Assembly: GCF_006345805.1 (NCBI RefSeq)
Contig: NC_043000.1
Span: 38,130,001-38,194,000 of the forward strand
Source of the DNA: Octopus sinensis
Lineage: Eukaryota
Length of the DNA: 64,000 nucleotides
Direction: 5' to 3'
Both the position numbers and the translations under genes were made by a program. The notes beneath the pieces were generated by a model. It was given only the letters and a program-made list of their open reading frames with translations, ran no database searches and had not been told where the DNA came from. This document shows, piece after piece, positions 39,670-52,700 of the stretch (positions are counted from its first letter, which is position 1; each line of letters begins with the position of its first letter).

Positions 39670-39876
39670 TTCTATTTTTTATTCTTTTGTTTGTTTCAGT
39701 CATTTGACTGTGGCCTTGCTTGATCACCGCGTTTAGTCGAACGATTCTCCCCCAGGATTTATTCTTTGTAAACCTAATACTTATTCTGTCGGCCTCTTTT
39801 GCAGAACAGCTAAGTTACAGGGACGTTAACACACCACCATCGGTTGGTCGGTTGTCAAGCGATATTGAGGGGACTA

Positions 39877-39908
<32 letters not shown>

Positions 39909-40280
39909 TTCGTCCACCGAATTCACTCACAAGGCATGGGTCATCTCACAGCTATGATACAGTGTGTTCAAAAAGTCTCTTCGCATTATTTCATTGCAAA
40001 ATATATATTTATAGGTTGGTATAAGACTACAAAAGAATATATTAGACTTTACAAGACTTTATAAGAGGTGTTGAAACTGACGTCCTTCATTTTCAATGCA
40101 TAAAATTTAATTGCTTTTTTACTTCCGTGTGAGCACTTTCTAGGCTGAGACTCAATGCAGAGAGACTTTTTGAGCACCCTGTAAAAGACACAGAAAGAAG
40201 GCGCTACACAACAGGACTGAACTCGTAACTGCACTCTTGCCAAGCAAGCTTCTAAACCATACAGCCATGCCTGTGCCTAC
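39670..40280 (-). mobile_element. SINE-A interrupted by a MITE
   Basis: Tail at 39670, head gcaagcttctaaaccatacagccatgcc at about 40235-40270. Confidence 0.8.
39960..40181. mobile_element. Tc1/mariner-type MITE with TA duplication
   Basis: ta|cagtgtgttcaaaaagtctc...gagactttttgagcaccctg|ta. Confidence 0.85.
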
Positions 40281-41122
40281 CACATATCCACACTTGAGGT
40301 TGTTTGAAAAACATTTTTTACTTGAAGAATTCCACTCGAATGGTATTATTCCATACAGAATAACAATTCATCTGGTCTACGCAGAATAATGAGAATCAAT
40401 GGAAGAACGTTTCTATTTTAAATACGTGATGAAAAGTTGAAACGTGAACATCCGATCGCTATTATTTTTCGAAGAGTGACCCCAAAACATTGAAAAGCGG
40501 TACTCCAGAATGACACCAGACTCTGGACCAAACTAGTAAAAGAATATATATATATATTATATATATATACATACATACATACATGTAACATATGGTATAA
40601 TTATAAACATGGCAAATTTCAGTCATTTCTCGGCAGACTGGAAAAAAAAGCGATGAACAACCTTAATCGATTTTCGAACCTTATTGGGTTCTCATGAGAG
40701 GCGTCCATATCATTTGACAGTCTCCAGGAAAAGCAAGCAGCCAATCAGTTTATATACGCAACGAATGCAGCAGTCGCTCTATGAAGGAGTCCCTAATTTG
40801 CATACCGAAGTTGTTTAACACTCGATAAATACCAGCGGCCTGACAACGAGGATCTTAGGCACACAGTATCAAGTTATATGATATAATATATATGTATGCA
40901 TGTACGTATGTATGTACATATGTTCATATATGCATGTGTGTGTTTATAAATGTAAATGTTTGTACGTAAAATGTCGAACAAGGAGAATCAGTGCTCAACA
41001 ACGCTCATTGGTGGATAGAATTTTTCTTTAACTGTATATTAAGGCTACCATTGGTTTTTAGTTTCAGGTTGAGAAACATATCTTAATAGCTTAACAAATT
41101 GATACATACATACTTACACACA

Positions 41123-41179
<57 letters not shown>

Positions 41180-41189
41180 GCGCGCGCGC

Positions 41190-41310
41190 GTTTCTTTTCT
41201 GTGTATCTTTCTGTCGAAGAGCGTAGGCTCGAAACGTAAAAGCGCCTTACTAATACATTTGTTTGTTTGTACTCCACCTGCCTTCGTCTTTTGTTTATTT
41301 TCGTATATAT
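41190..41310 (+). mobile_element. Penelope-like pLTR repeat with hammerhead-like motif (41207-41242)
   Basis: CUUU-CUGUCGA-A-GAGC GUAG GCUC-GAAAC-GUA-AAAG. Confidence 0.6.
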
Positions 41311-41660
41311 ATATATTATATATATATATATATATATAATTTAAATCCACATCTTTGTCTATATATGTACCTTCTCTATAATGTCATTAATTGATATGAA
41401 AGTTATGTATTAATGGAAAACCTCTATTAATAGCTGATGAGTGCTCAGCATTTTAAAACTGTTGTAATACTTACAACATTTAATAAAATGATGTAGCGTG
41501 AAACGATCGTACTAAATTACCGAAGTTATTCTTGTTGCTTATTTTGATTATAACCACCCCAGGGATTTATATGGATAACACCATATAAAATTCTGGTGCA
41601 TCTAACTTAAGTACCATATTCATTTGAATCTAAATTTTGCTGAACTTATATATATATATA

Positions 41661-41904
41661 TCTGTAAATGTAATATGTGACAATTAATCGGTAGCCAAGA
41701 TAAAACTCTGAGTTTTGGATCCGAGGTGGAAATCCACACCACCATTATGTGGGCTCGCCCTAGGCAAAAAGTTATCCGGCCATCGGAAATAAAAAACCGA
41801 TGGCCGGATAACTGAAGAGATGGTGGTGTGGATTTCCAACTCGGATCCAAAACTCAGAGTTTTATCTTGGCTACCGAATAATTGTCACATATTACATTTA
41901 CAGA
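41661..41904. repeat. Fold-back palindrome (85-bp outer arms with 2 mismatches, plus 17-bp inner hairpin)
   Basis: 41661-41745 vs 41820-41904; 41770-41786 vs 41797-41813. Confidence 0.9.
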
Positions 41905-41973
41905 TAAATTCTTCTATTTACATAATATTGAGGTCTCTTTCTTTCTTTTGTTATCTTACCGTTTTTACCAATA

Positions 41974-42017
<44 letters not shown>

Positions 42018-42028
42018 TACACAGACAC

Positions 42029-42116
<88 letters not shown>

Positions 42117-42277
42117 TGGAAGTTGATATTTCACCCTAGATAGGCTGTTTAGAGCAGCCTTGAGCTGTCCGACTGAGCGTGAAACTCAGATTAGACAGTC
42201 GACTTTGAAAGAATAGATATATATTTATCCCCTCCATCCGCGTATTGAGTTCTATACAAAGTAGTGATAGCACTACA

Positions 42278-43964
42278 TCTCTCTATATATATAAAACTGA
42301 GAATGTGTGTCTGTCTGTCTGTCTGTGTTTCCCTAAAACTTGAGAACTACACAACCAATCTCATTCAAATTTTACACATGCCTTACTTAGTGTCCGTGGA
42401 GTGTCATCGGCAAAAGATCTTTTAACTTTTTGCCTAGGGCGAGCCACAGCAATATCATATCTCTCCACTACGATTCCCTAAAACTTGAGAACTACACAAC
42501 CAATTTCATTCAAATTTTACACATGCCTTACTTAGGGTCCATGTAGTTTCATGGGCAAAAAAATATTCATCTTCTTGCCTAGGGCGAGCCCATAGCAATA
42601 TCATATCTTCTCCACTATTTCAGTATTACGTGTTAAAAGTGAAACAACAACATTTCTCTATTTTATGTCAGATACTTTCACTTTAACAATAAAAATTAGA
42701 GATAATAATAACAATTGAATATAGTAGTAGTAATATTAAAATCAAACTAAAGTATAATATAATCGTAACATAACAAAAGTAAAAATAGCAATTGTATAAA
42801 ATTGCATCAATGACTTGAACTTGAATAAGTGCTTTCACATGAATAGGAATAAATTAAAATAAAATTAGCGTGCAGAAATGGAATAGTCCAGATGGAGGTG
42901 TGCAATACCCTTTACCACGGTTTTCATTAATTATATGCTATGCTATTAGCTAGCAAAGTATCTATAGGAAGTTGGCTGTATGTAATGTCTGTTTTCTCGA
43001 ACAGCGCTTCTACTGAGTACTGTTATTATTATTACTGTTTAACTATTGTTATCATGTTTGTTGGTTCCTCGTAAGGGAAACGTTGTTGTGTTGCATTTGT
43101 TAAATAATTGTAAACTGTAACCCTCCCCCTTTGGGAGAAAGGGCTTTGGTCATTGTTTAAAAATTGAATTGTGTCCCTGTTTGGGGAAATTGACAATATT
43201 TTCACCGTTTACACGGAAGCATTTTTGTTAGAATGCCTTCGATAGAAGAAAGTCCAAAAGTGAATTTCGCTGCAGCCGTCGGCGGGCGCGAACTCTTTAA
43301 AATTAAAATGGAAGGAATAAAAACCTATTTCGGACTGATCACCGACAAAGACAGTGAATCTAGGATAACACCACCAAACGAAATAAAAAATTAAATTAAA
43401 GAAAAGACTATTGTCTATAAAATATAAAATGTAGAGAAAAAAAAATTTGAACACCTGAAGGAAAGCACCATCGAAAAGTGTCTTGGTGTGACTATGAAAG
43501 ATATCTAACCAGAGGCGGTAAATTCGCCACAATAGAAGCAAGGTTCGAGTCAACGGAGCGTGCAAGGGAGTACTCGACTCGAACCTTGCAAATTGGAAAT
43601 ATTTTATTTTTACCTTTATATCTGCAAATTGGAAATATTTTATTTTTACCTTTATATCTGGGACGTCCCGGTAAAAAATTAAATCTCTCCCCAGAAGTAG
43701 AGGTAGGCTGGATTGTAGCCACACTTCTAAACAAGAGGGAGGACAAGATACAATTGATCGAAATTGCAAGAGACGGGCCTACAATTCCACTCTGTTATAT
43801 ATTTTGAGTATTGTTATCACTAGCGATATCAAGATATAACTTTGTATTTTGTATTTTATGTGTAGATGTATATATATAGATGTACATGTAATATGTACAC
43901 ATATATATACACATATATACATGCACTAGCACTATGACCCGGCAACGACGGGTCATACTGCTAG
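42278..43964 (+). mobile_element. Non-autonomous Helitron
   Basis: 5' A|TC..tatatatataaaa with (gtct)n; internal tandem duplication; 3' hairpin tatgacccg/cgggtcata (43933-43957) then CTAG|T. Confidence 0.82.
43233..43795 (+). pseudogene. LINE ORF1-like N-terminal fragment inside the Helitron
   Basis: MPSIEESPKVNFAAAVGG...ARFESTERAREYSTRTLQIGNILFLPLYLGR...VEVGWIVATLL; RRM-like pattern by eye; in-frame 36-bp tandem duplication at 43587-43658. Confidence 0.5.
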
Positions 43965-44123
43965 TTATTGATATACCTTACTCATGTTACAGTAACTCTA
44001 TGTATGCGCGTGTGTGGAATATAGGAATGATGTAGGGGTGTGGGGACATCCTGTGTGTGCGTGCATATATGTATTTCATGAATATATGATTATATCGATG
44101 TGCATATATATATATATAATATA

Positions 44124-44156
<33 letters not shown>

Positions 44157-44554
44157 ATTATATAAATATATATATATACACGATAGATATATTTATAAGA
44201 ACACACACACTCATACATATGCATACACACATATATTCATACACACACGCACACACACATATTTATGTACGAATATGTATAAACGATTATTTGAAAGAAA
44301 TTGAATCGTTAATCGAACTGGACAATTCTGTTCAAAAGGAAACATGTTTAACCTCACATCACAAAGACCGCCATGTTTTTCTTTCAAATTATTTAAATGA
44401 CATCTGCTGTACAAATCAATTATTTCAACATAGACACATGTTTCGTGTGAAAGTGGTTCGCTAAAATGGGTTTGGCAGAGTTGCTAAGTTCAACTTCAGA
44501 TCTATAAACGCATGTCTGTTTAATGTTTTACGAAGTGAATATATCGCAATTCTT

Positions 44555-45054
44555 TTATCTTTTGCTTGTTTCAATCATTGGATTGCGACCATGCTGGGGA
44601 CGCCGCCTTGAGGAATTTTAATACAACGAATCGACACGGGTGCTTATTTTCGAAATCTGGTATTTCTTTTATCAACCTCTTTTAGCGAACCGCTAAGTTA
44701 CAGGGGCATAAACACACCAACAGTCGTGAAGCAGTGGTGGGAGACAAACACAGGCACAAAAACATACTCTCTCTCTCATACACATACACACATATATATT
44801 ATATACATATTGTTGCTATTATGTTAAACTGTTGTATGTCCGAATTAGGCCAAATGCGTTTTCTTCAATATTTATTTTTGCTTCCAATAGCCAGTTCTTT
44901 TGGTCAAACTATCGTATCTCCACCTGCTTTAGATGCCAAGATATCAAAAATCGTCAAGGTGTATTACAACGTTTTGGCTATAGAAAGGGGAAATCATTTT
45001 TTCGTTTTCTGTAAAGCAACGTTTTGCACTTACGACACTTTTCCATAATACCAA

Positions 45055-45100
<46 letters not shown>

Positions 45101-45215
45101 TATATATCGAACGTGCATCTTTCAGTTTCTATGTACTAAATCCAATCACAAGACTTTGGGACTGAACCCGGAACCATGTGGCTGGGAAGCAAACTTCTTA
45201 CCACACAGCCACGCC
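44555..45215 (-). mobile_element. SINE-A split in two (tail 44555-44760, head 45155-45215)
   Basis: gaccatgctgg..gaaccgctaagtta; gggactgaacccggaaccatgtggctgggaagc. Confidence 0.7.
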
Positions 45216-45600
45216 TTATTCTAATCATGTGAGATTCTATGGGAATATATTTTTTTAAATCAGTTTAATGGTGTGTCTCGAGGTAAAGACACTATAAATG
45301 ATAGTTTCTGATTTGGAGACCGGAGCAGTAATTTCAAGTAGATTAAGTCGAACCCAGTATTCAACTGGTACTTATTTTTATCGATCTCTATATGATGAAA
45401 TGCAAAGTCAACCTCGGTTATGACTATATCATTGTCGCTATACATGTCTCTGAGCTTGATACTTGATATATCTCCCGCAGATTGTTGAAACAATTGTAAA
45501 TCATGGAAGAAACGTAACGCCAACAATTCCCTTCTTTAAGTGTTATATGTATGTTGCATGTACGTATATATACACACACACATACACACATATATATGTT

Positions 45601-45645
<45 letters not shown>

Positions 45646-45713
45646 TATATATATCTGTATACATACGTATATTTATATATACACACTCATATATATATAT
45701 AAATGTGTACATG

Positions 45714-45772
<59 letters not shown>

Positions 45773-45844
45773 CCTAAAGAAGACATCAAATAGAAAATAT
45801 GGCATACCTATATATATATATATATATATATATAATTAGAAAAA

Positions 45845-46351
45845 ATGTGTAGCAAATAAACAAATGAATACATACTAAATACACAGACGAACAGAAAAGA
45901 TAGAAAGTCATCAACCTCTCATCAGTTATCGGTCAGAGGGTCAAACGCAGTTTCAGCCATTATCGATAATATTGCTTCCACTCTGCAGGTACCGGCAAGA
46001 AACTTGCCGGGAATGGGACCAAAACATAACAAAACGAGGCGGGCTTGAAACGAGACTGTTAGTGGACGGACGAGGGACAAAGCAATAAACAGAATAAAGG
46101 CTTAGGGTTTTCGTTTTGTCCCTCATCCGTCTACAAACGGTCTCATCCCGATCCCCGTCTCCAGCCCGTCTCATTTTGTTGTTTTGGTCTGATTCCCGGC
46201 AAGTTTCTTGCCGATATCTCCAGAGTGGAAGCAATATTATCGATAATGGCCGAAATTGCGTTTGACCTTCTGGCCGATAACTTATGTGGAGTTGGTGTTT
46301 GCTGTCCTTCTGCGTATTTAGTATATGTTCATTTGTTTATTTACTACACGT
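45845..46351. repeat. About 500-bp imperfect palindrome (MITE or inverted pLTR pair)
   Basis: ggtcaaacgcagtttcagccattatcgataatattgcttccactctg / cagagtggaagcaatattatcgataatggccgaaattgcgtttgacc; outer arms also match. Confidence 0.85.
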
Positions 46352-46362
46352 TATTTGTAAAT

Positions 46363-46408
<46 letters not shown>

Positions 46409-46482
46409 TTGTTTTCCTTTTTATTTAATCATGAAAATATATTGTAATGCACTCACTCCTTAATTTTATATATATATAATTT

Positions 46483-46575
<93 letters not shown>

Positions 46576-46830
46576 GTAAAATAGAAATATGTTTCAAAAA
46601 GAAAATAAAACTACACGTGGAGAAGATATGAAAAGAAACTACACGTGGACATAATGCATATTGACTATCAAAAAAATGGAGGCTTTTTTAATGAAAAGTA
46701 GCGATAAATAAATACAATTAGATGAACCGAGGTAGAATTAAATTCATTATTTTGAATTGTTAAAGAGATTCAGTCAAACCGGTGTCGTCATTGCTTTTCA
46801 TTGGCTTTGAATGCGCCTCTCTCTCTCTCT

Positions 46831-46875
<45 letters not shown>

Positions 46876-46941
46876 ATATACATATATATATATACATATA
46901 TTTACATATATATATATACATATATATACATATATATAATA

Positions 46942-47029
<88 letters not shown>

Positions 47030-48569
47030 GATCCATATTATGCTCTATGATCATAACTGGCCAAGAATGATGAAACATTAAGCATTAGCTATATGATGAC
47101 ATAACGATCACCTGTCTAGTTTCACTAGCGCCACACCGATGCTTGCGCAAGATATGCAAGATCTTGTTGCAGCACTCTACACACACATACACACATATAT
47201 GTATGGGTGTATATGTGTACAGGGAGGGAGAAAAAGAAGAAGCGTGAGTCTGACACGACCAAAATGAATATATATAAATATCCTCGCGTGTGTGTGTTTG
47301 TGTGTGTGTGTGTACATATATAGCATGCATATGTCTATGCATGCACATGTATGTGTGCGTGCATCTGTGTTCGGAGGTGGATGGATAGGGGTGGATGGGT
47401 TTGAGTGTATTTGAATCTATTAAAATATTTTGAGATATATCGACAGACAAATAGAATTAAAATGATAATTGTATTCATGTTTGCCTACATGCTCCCGTTT
47501 ATTTGTGGTACTTGTAGATGCATAAAGTTGTTTTGTTTTGCATACTGATATTCATAAAGTAACGACAACAACAACAGCAACAAAAACAGGTTACATTTAC
47601 ATTTAAAAGACGAAAACCACATCAATATTACGCATACATCAAACACAAATACAATACAAATATAACATAAATATTCAAATATTCAAAGAACTACCTAAAA
47701 GAAAGGAAAAGGGAAAGAACAATAATCCACATTATCAGCAACAAGGATAACAATAAGCGACAACTAGAAAGAAAATAATATGGACGAAATATAAACAAAC
47801 AATGAGACAAAGTTATAAAGCAGATTTGCTGGAACACGCCTTCTTGCAAGCGTTCCATCATAATAACTCTAACTGAATTAAGAAAGACAAGACCATAGAA
47901 TGGAAATCTCATTTCTTCTTATTCAATTTTCTACAAGTGACAAGCGAACTTTTACCCTTTCCAAGACGGAGTGACATATTCTGAATTTAATTTCCTGTGC
48001 AAATTAGCTGTTGAAATGTCATAATTAAATGTAACAATGTTTTTTTTTTTTTTCACATATTTCTGTTGAGCAGATGCAGCGTCCTTTTGACGGCACTTGG
48101 CCCAAGATGGCTTCTATTCCTCCATAAATTCGCAAATCTTACGATGAAACAGTATTCATTTTCATATTTGCATGTATATATATGTATGTATCTATGCATG
48201 AATGCATGTATGTTTGTATATATAAATATATATATACGCGCTCATGCGCACACACACACATACATATGTATGCATAAATCTTTTTCTGTACACAAACATT
48301 CTCTCACCCATCAACTCATCCATATATCTATTTGTAAATGTGTATGTATATGTATGTCTGTAACTGTAGATATATATGTATGTGTCTAAATGTATGTCCG
48401 TATGCTTTAACTATTTTCCCTCTCGCTGAACTCTATATGCGAGTAAAGCAATATCATCTCTGGCCTTTTATGCACAATTTTATCCGTTTGATCGCATTCT
48501 TTTTCTACGGGATTACATGGTAAGAATACAATCACACTGATGGAAACAGATATATATATATATATATAT

Positions 48570-48775
48570 ATAATTTTTTTGGTTATTTGTTTCAGTCCTT
48601 TGAATGCGGCCATGCTGGAGCACCGCCTGTAGTCGAACAAATCGACGCCAATACTTATTCTCTGTAAGCTGAGCATTTATTTCATCGGTTTCTTTTTGCC
48701 GAACCGCTAAGTTACGGGAGCGTAAACTCATCAGCATCAGTTGTCAAGCGATGGTGGGGGACAAACACACACACA

Positions 48776-48822
<47 letters not shown>

Positions 48823-49000
48823 ATATATATATATATACGATGGGCTTCTTTTAGTTTCCGTCTATCAAATTTACTCACGGGGATTTGGTCGGCCCGAAGC
48901 TATAGTAGAAGACACTTGCTCAAGGTGCCATACAGTGGGACTGAACCCGGAATCATGTGGTTGGTAAGCAAGCTACTTACCACACAGCCACTTCTGCGCC
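48570..49000 (-). mobile_element. SINE-A, full length
   Basis: Head gctacttaccacacagccacttctgcgcc through tail. Confidence 0.92.
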
Positions 49001-49489
49001 TATATATATATATATTATATATGTATTATATATATATATATCTTTACACACACACTTACACACACTCACACACACAATCACACACATATATGTATGGGCA
49101 TATGATCATGTGTCTGCATATATCCGTGCGGGTGTTTGTTGTGTGTGTAGTTGTTATGTATAATCATGCATACGACATTTAAGCTATAACCGGAAGCGTA
49201 CTCAATCTATATTTACAAAGTAAATGTTGGCAGTAACTTCGAAGTTTCCCATTATGATCGGTTTCGTATGAGTAGAGCCTATTGATACGTAACTATATAT
49301 CTGTTTCTTTGTAGAACATATCTATAATGCATTTCTTCATAAAGTCAATGATTCAAATTTCGATGCACACACACACACACACACACACATACACACACTA
49401 GCGTGCGCACATGCACATTCGCACACACGCATACATATGTACATACTTTTGTATATATATTTGTGTGAGTGTGTGTGTGTGGGTGTCTG

Positions 49490-50320
49490 TAGACGAGGAG
49501 GTACACAAAACAAACCGAAATTTTGCAATATTATTTCATTCATTTAGTTTTACGTTTACGATTTTATCGCCTTCAGTTTATTCCCCGTCTGCAGCTATGC
49601 ATCGGCCCAGACGCGCTTTCTACGGTTCGAAGCAGCCCTGGAACTCTTACCTCTGTCGTTGCTTTTTTTTTCTTCGCCTCTTCCATATCTGCAAATTCTG
49701 TAGCACCAGCTTTTATCATCGGTGATGACCTTTGAAAAAGGTCCGGATCTACTTCCAACTGTTCATTAAATTCACCACACGCACTCGCTCGTCACTGCTT
49801 TTCATCTTCCATGAGCAAGCGTGGCGCAAATTCCGCCGTAACTCTTTTCATTCACACTTCCTCACTCAAAATTCGTTGGTAGGAGATCCAGGACACACTA
49901 GTCATATCAATACGTTCGTCAATTTTTCAGTGATGTCCAAGATCACTTCATGAATTTTTATGATGTTTTCATTCGTTCGTGAGTTCGACGGTCGTCCTGA
50001 ACGAGGTTGATCTTCAAGTGACAAGTGACCATTCCTGAAGCGTGAAAACCATTCGTAAACTTGTGTTTTGCTCACTGTCCTTGTAAGCAGTTTGACAACT
50101 GTATCAGCCGCCATTTTTCCCAGCAGAAAGCAGAATTTCATGGAAGCATGTTGTTCCTTTGTTTCAGCCATCGTATAAACTAACTTGATGAAGAGGGAAG
50201 AAGCATTGTAAAACAAAGACCCTCCCACCACGTGTCAGTACAACTCCAGGCGAAGACGCCGGTCGGAGGATTGATGCCTAAGTGTCGCATCGAGTGACTT
50301 CTAGCGGCGTAAGCCTGACG
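49490..50320 (-). mobile_element. Internally deleted mariner
   Basis: KEQHASMKFCFLLGK..QVYEWFSRFRNG..EDQPRSGRP; VITGDD region joined directly to C-terminal EFADMEEAK..FQGCFE. Confidence 0.85.
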
Positions 50321-50339
50321 TACAACGGGTTTTCCCCAC

Positions 50340-50575
50340 AGATAGGATGCAAGCAGATTTTGAGGGGATGCACCAAGTCGATAACATGTACTCCATGACA
50401 TGACAGGTACTTTATTTCATCGATCCCAGAAGGACGAAAGGCAAAGTTGACCTTTGTGGGAGTTGAAATCAGAACGTAAATCTTCCGAACAATTAACGAT
50501 AAACATTTTGTTTGACGTAAGATGTAGAACATAATAATTTCAAATCTTGGCTCAAGGCCTGCAATTTCGAACTAG
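50340..50575 (-). mobile_element. SINE-B, degenerate
   Basis: ggtactttatttcatcgatcccagaaggacgaaaggcaaagttgacc. Confidence 0.65.
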
Positions 50576-50589
50576 GCAGGTCGCTCACA

Positions 50590-51140
50590 TGCTTGCGTTT
50601 CCTATGTATCGGGGTTGATCTCAAAGCTCTTCAGAGAGGCTTTGAGTGTACTCTTGAAGTCCTTTTTCCGCCCACCTTGCCTTCACTTGTCTTCCGACAG
50701 TTCCCTGGAAAGCGGTCTCTTGGGGAGTCGCATGTTAGGTATTCAGACAAGATGCCCTACTCACCTTACTTGGGTTCCCCTCAGCAGTGAGTAAATGCTT
50801 GGTAGTTCAGCTCGAGAAAGGACTGCCATGTCTGGGACCTTGTCAAACAGCTTTCAAACAGCTTTCAATTTCAAACAGCTTTCTCAAACAGTTCATTTGG
50901 TAGCAGTTTAGCTTTTTTCCGTGACGTTTGTAAATTGTCCATGTCTCGTAGGCATACAGTAGCGTAGACAGTACAACTGCTTGTTACACCTTCAGCTTGG
51001 TCGCCAGCTTAACATCTCTTCCTCCCTCACTGATTCACGTAGCCGCCTGAATGTTGAACTTCCCTTCGCGATGCGTGCCCTGATCTCATTGTCAATGTTC
51101 ACAGATCTGGAGAGGGTGCTGCCGAGGTATGTTAATTGAT
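50590..51140 (-). pseudogene. RTE-BovB-like LINE ORF C-terminal fragment
   Basis: YLGSTLSRSVNIDNEIRARI..KLATKLKV..VVLSTLLYAYETWTIY; VGHLV..RLPKR..QGGRKKDFKSTLKASLKSFEI. Confidence 0.88.
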
Positions 51141-51321
51141 GGAATATAGTCAATAACATTGCTCTCATAATTAATATTACAGCTTTAGTATTAATTTAAA
51201 TGCTATCTATTTATATAGCAGATATGTTACTAAGATGAATAGCGAATAATGATTATGGAAAGGTGATAGCGTTTTTCAGTATTTACGGAAGGATGTTTAA
51301 AGTTTTATGAATGCTCTACAG

Positions 51322-51480
51322 TAGGGGTTCTCAACCGGGGTCCACATGGCTCCTGAGTGTCCGTATAAGACTTTTGGGGGACCACGCAACAAAATAACTA
51401 ACTGAAGGTCCACAATATAATAAATGGCTTTAGATGTATGTAATGGTATCTATTACAAGAAGCAGCGAGTTCTTTTTTCT
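51322..51480 (+). mobile_element. hAT-like MITE end
   Basis: taggggttctcaaccggggtcc terminus. Confidence 0.5.
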
Positions 51481-51529
51481 TTAACATTGTACGTACTTCA
51501 ACATACACAAGTTGATGTGTGAAAAGCAA

Positions 51530-51553
51530 AATAAGATTATTATTATTATTATT

Positions 51554-51598
<45 letters not shown>

Positions 51599-51704
51599 GT
51601 CATCGTCATCGTCAACATCATCATCATCGTCAACATCATCATCATCATCATCATCATCATCTTCATCATCATCATCATCATCGTCATCGTCATCATCATC
51701 GTCA

Positions 51705-51736
<32 letters not shown>

Positions 51737-51790
51737 AGCGTCGTCATCGTCGTTGTTGTTGTTGTCGTCGTCGTTGTTGTTGTTGTTGCT

Positions 51791-51822
<32 letters not shown>

Positions 51823-51893
51823 GGTGGTGGTGGTAGTGGTGGTGGTAGTTGTGGTGGTGGTGGTGGTGGTGGTGGTGGTGGTGGTGGTGATGG

Positions 51894-51936
<43 letters not shown>

Positions 51937-51945
51937 AATTATGGG
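51530..51945. repeat. Compound trinucleotide array
   Basis: ATT>CAT>CGT>GTT>GTA>GGT>GAT. Confidence 0.95.
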
Positions 51946-51954
51946 AATAAATGA

Positions 51955-52245
51955 AGGCTCTGGTGTTTATTAATTGACATGAGTATCCCTTGCGATCACA
52001 ATATAGCGGCGAAAGAATTTGACAAGATTAGTAAATATAAAGACCTGCAAATAGAAATTGAAAAAAAATGTGGCATCTCAAGGCGACTACAGTACCAGTG
52101 ATTGTAGGATCTCTAGGAATGATAAAAAAAGGTACTGAAACCTATTTGAAAATGATTCCAGGCTTACCATCCCTACAGGAAGTGGAAAAAGTCGTATTAA
52201 CTGGAACGGCTCATGTACTGAGAAGAGCATTATCGCTGTGAAAAC
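51955..52245 (+). pseudogene. Second R4/Dong-like RLE domain fragment
   Basis: LLIDMSIPCDHNIAAKEFDKISKYKDLQIEIE..MWHLKATTVPVIVGSLG..VLTGTAHVLRRALS. Confidence 0.85.
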
Positions 52246-52410
52246 AACATCCATCCATGAATTTATTTATTTATTAATTTTTAAATACATATTTTATCTG
52301 TGAATTTGCGTGTGTAATCTGGGAATGCATACAATGAGCTTCTCTGCCCTAGGTGTATGGAAAACACTCGGCGAGAAATGGAAGAAAATTTGAAGAAAGA
52401 AGGAAAAGAC

Positions 52411-52477
<67 letters not shown>

Positions 52478-52519
52478 CAATAATGATAATAATAATGATT
52501 AAATATTATATGCGTACAT

Positions 52520-52700
52520 AAGGTGACGAGGTGGCAGAATCGTCGCACGCCGGGAAAAATGCTTAGACATTTCGTCCGACGTCTACTTAGCCTTTCATTC
52601 CTTCGTGGTCGATAAAGTAAGTACCAGATGAACACTATGGCCAATGTAATCCACTTATCTCTCTCTCCGACATATCAGGCCTTGTGCCAAAATTTGGGTA
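52520..52700 (+). mobile_element. SINE-B
   Basis: gaggtggcagaatcgtcgcacgccggg..gcctttcattccttcgtggtcgataaagtaagtaccag. Confidence 0.75.

Noticed and set aside
48070-48130. Acceptor-like site followed by MQRPFDGTWPKMASIPP*
   Set aside because: Short, no donor, no homology; homeobox-like words nearby are expected by chance in AT-rich DNA.
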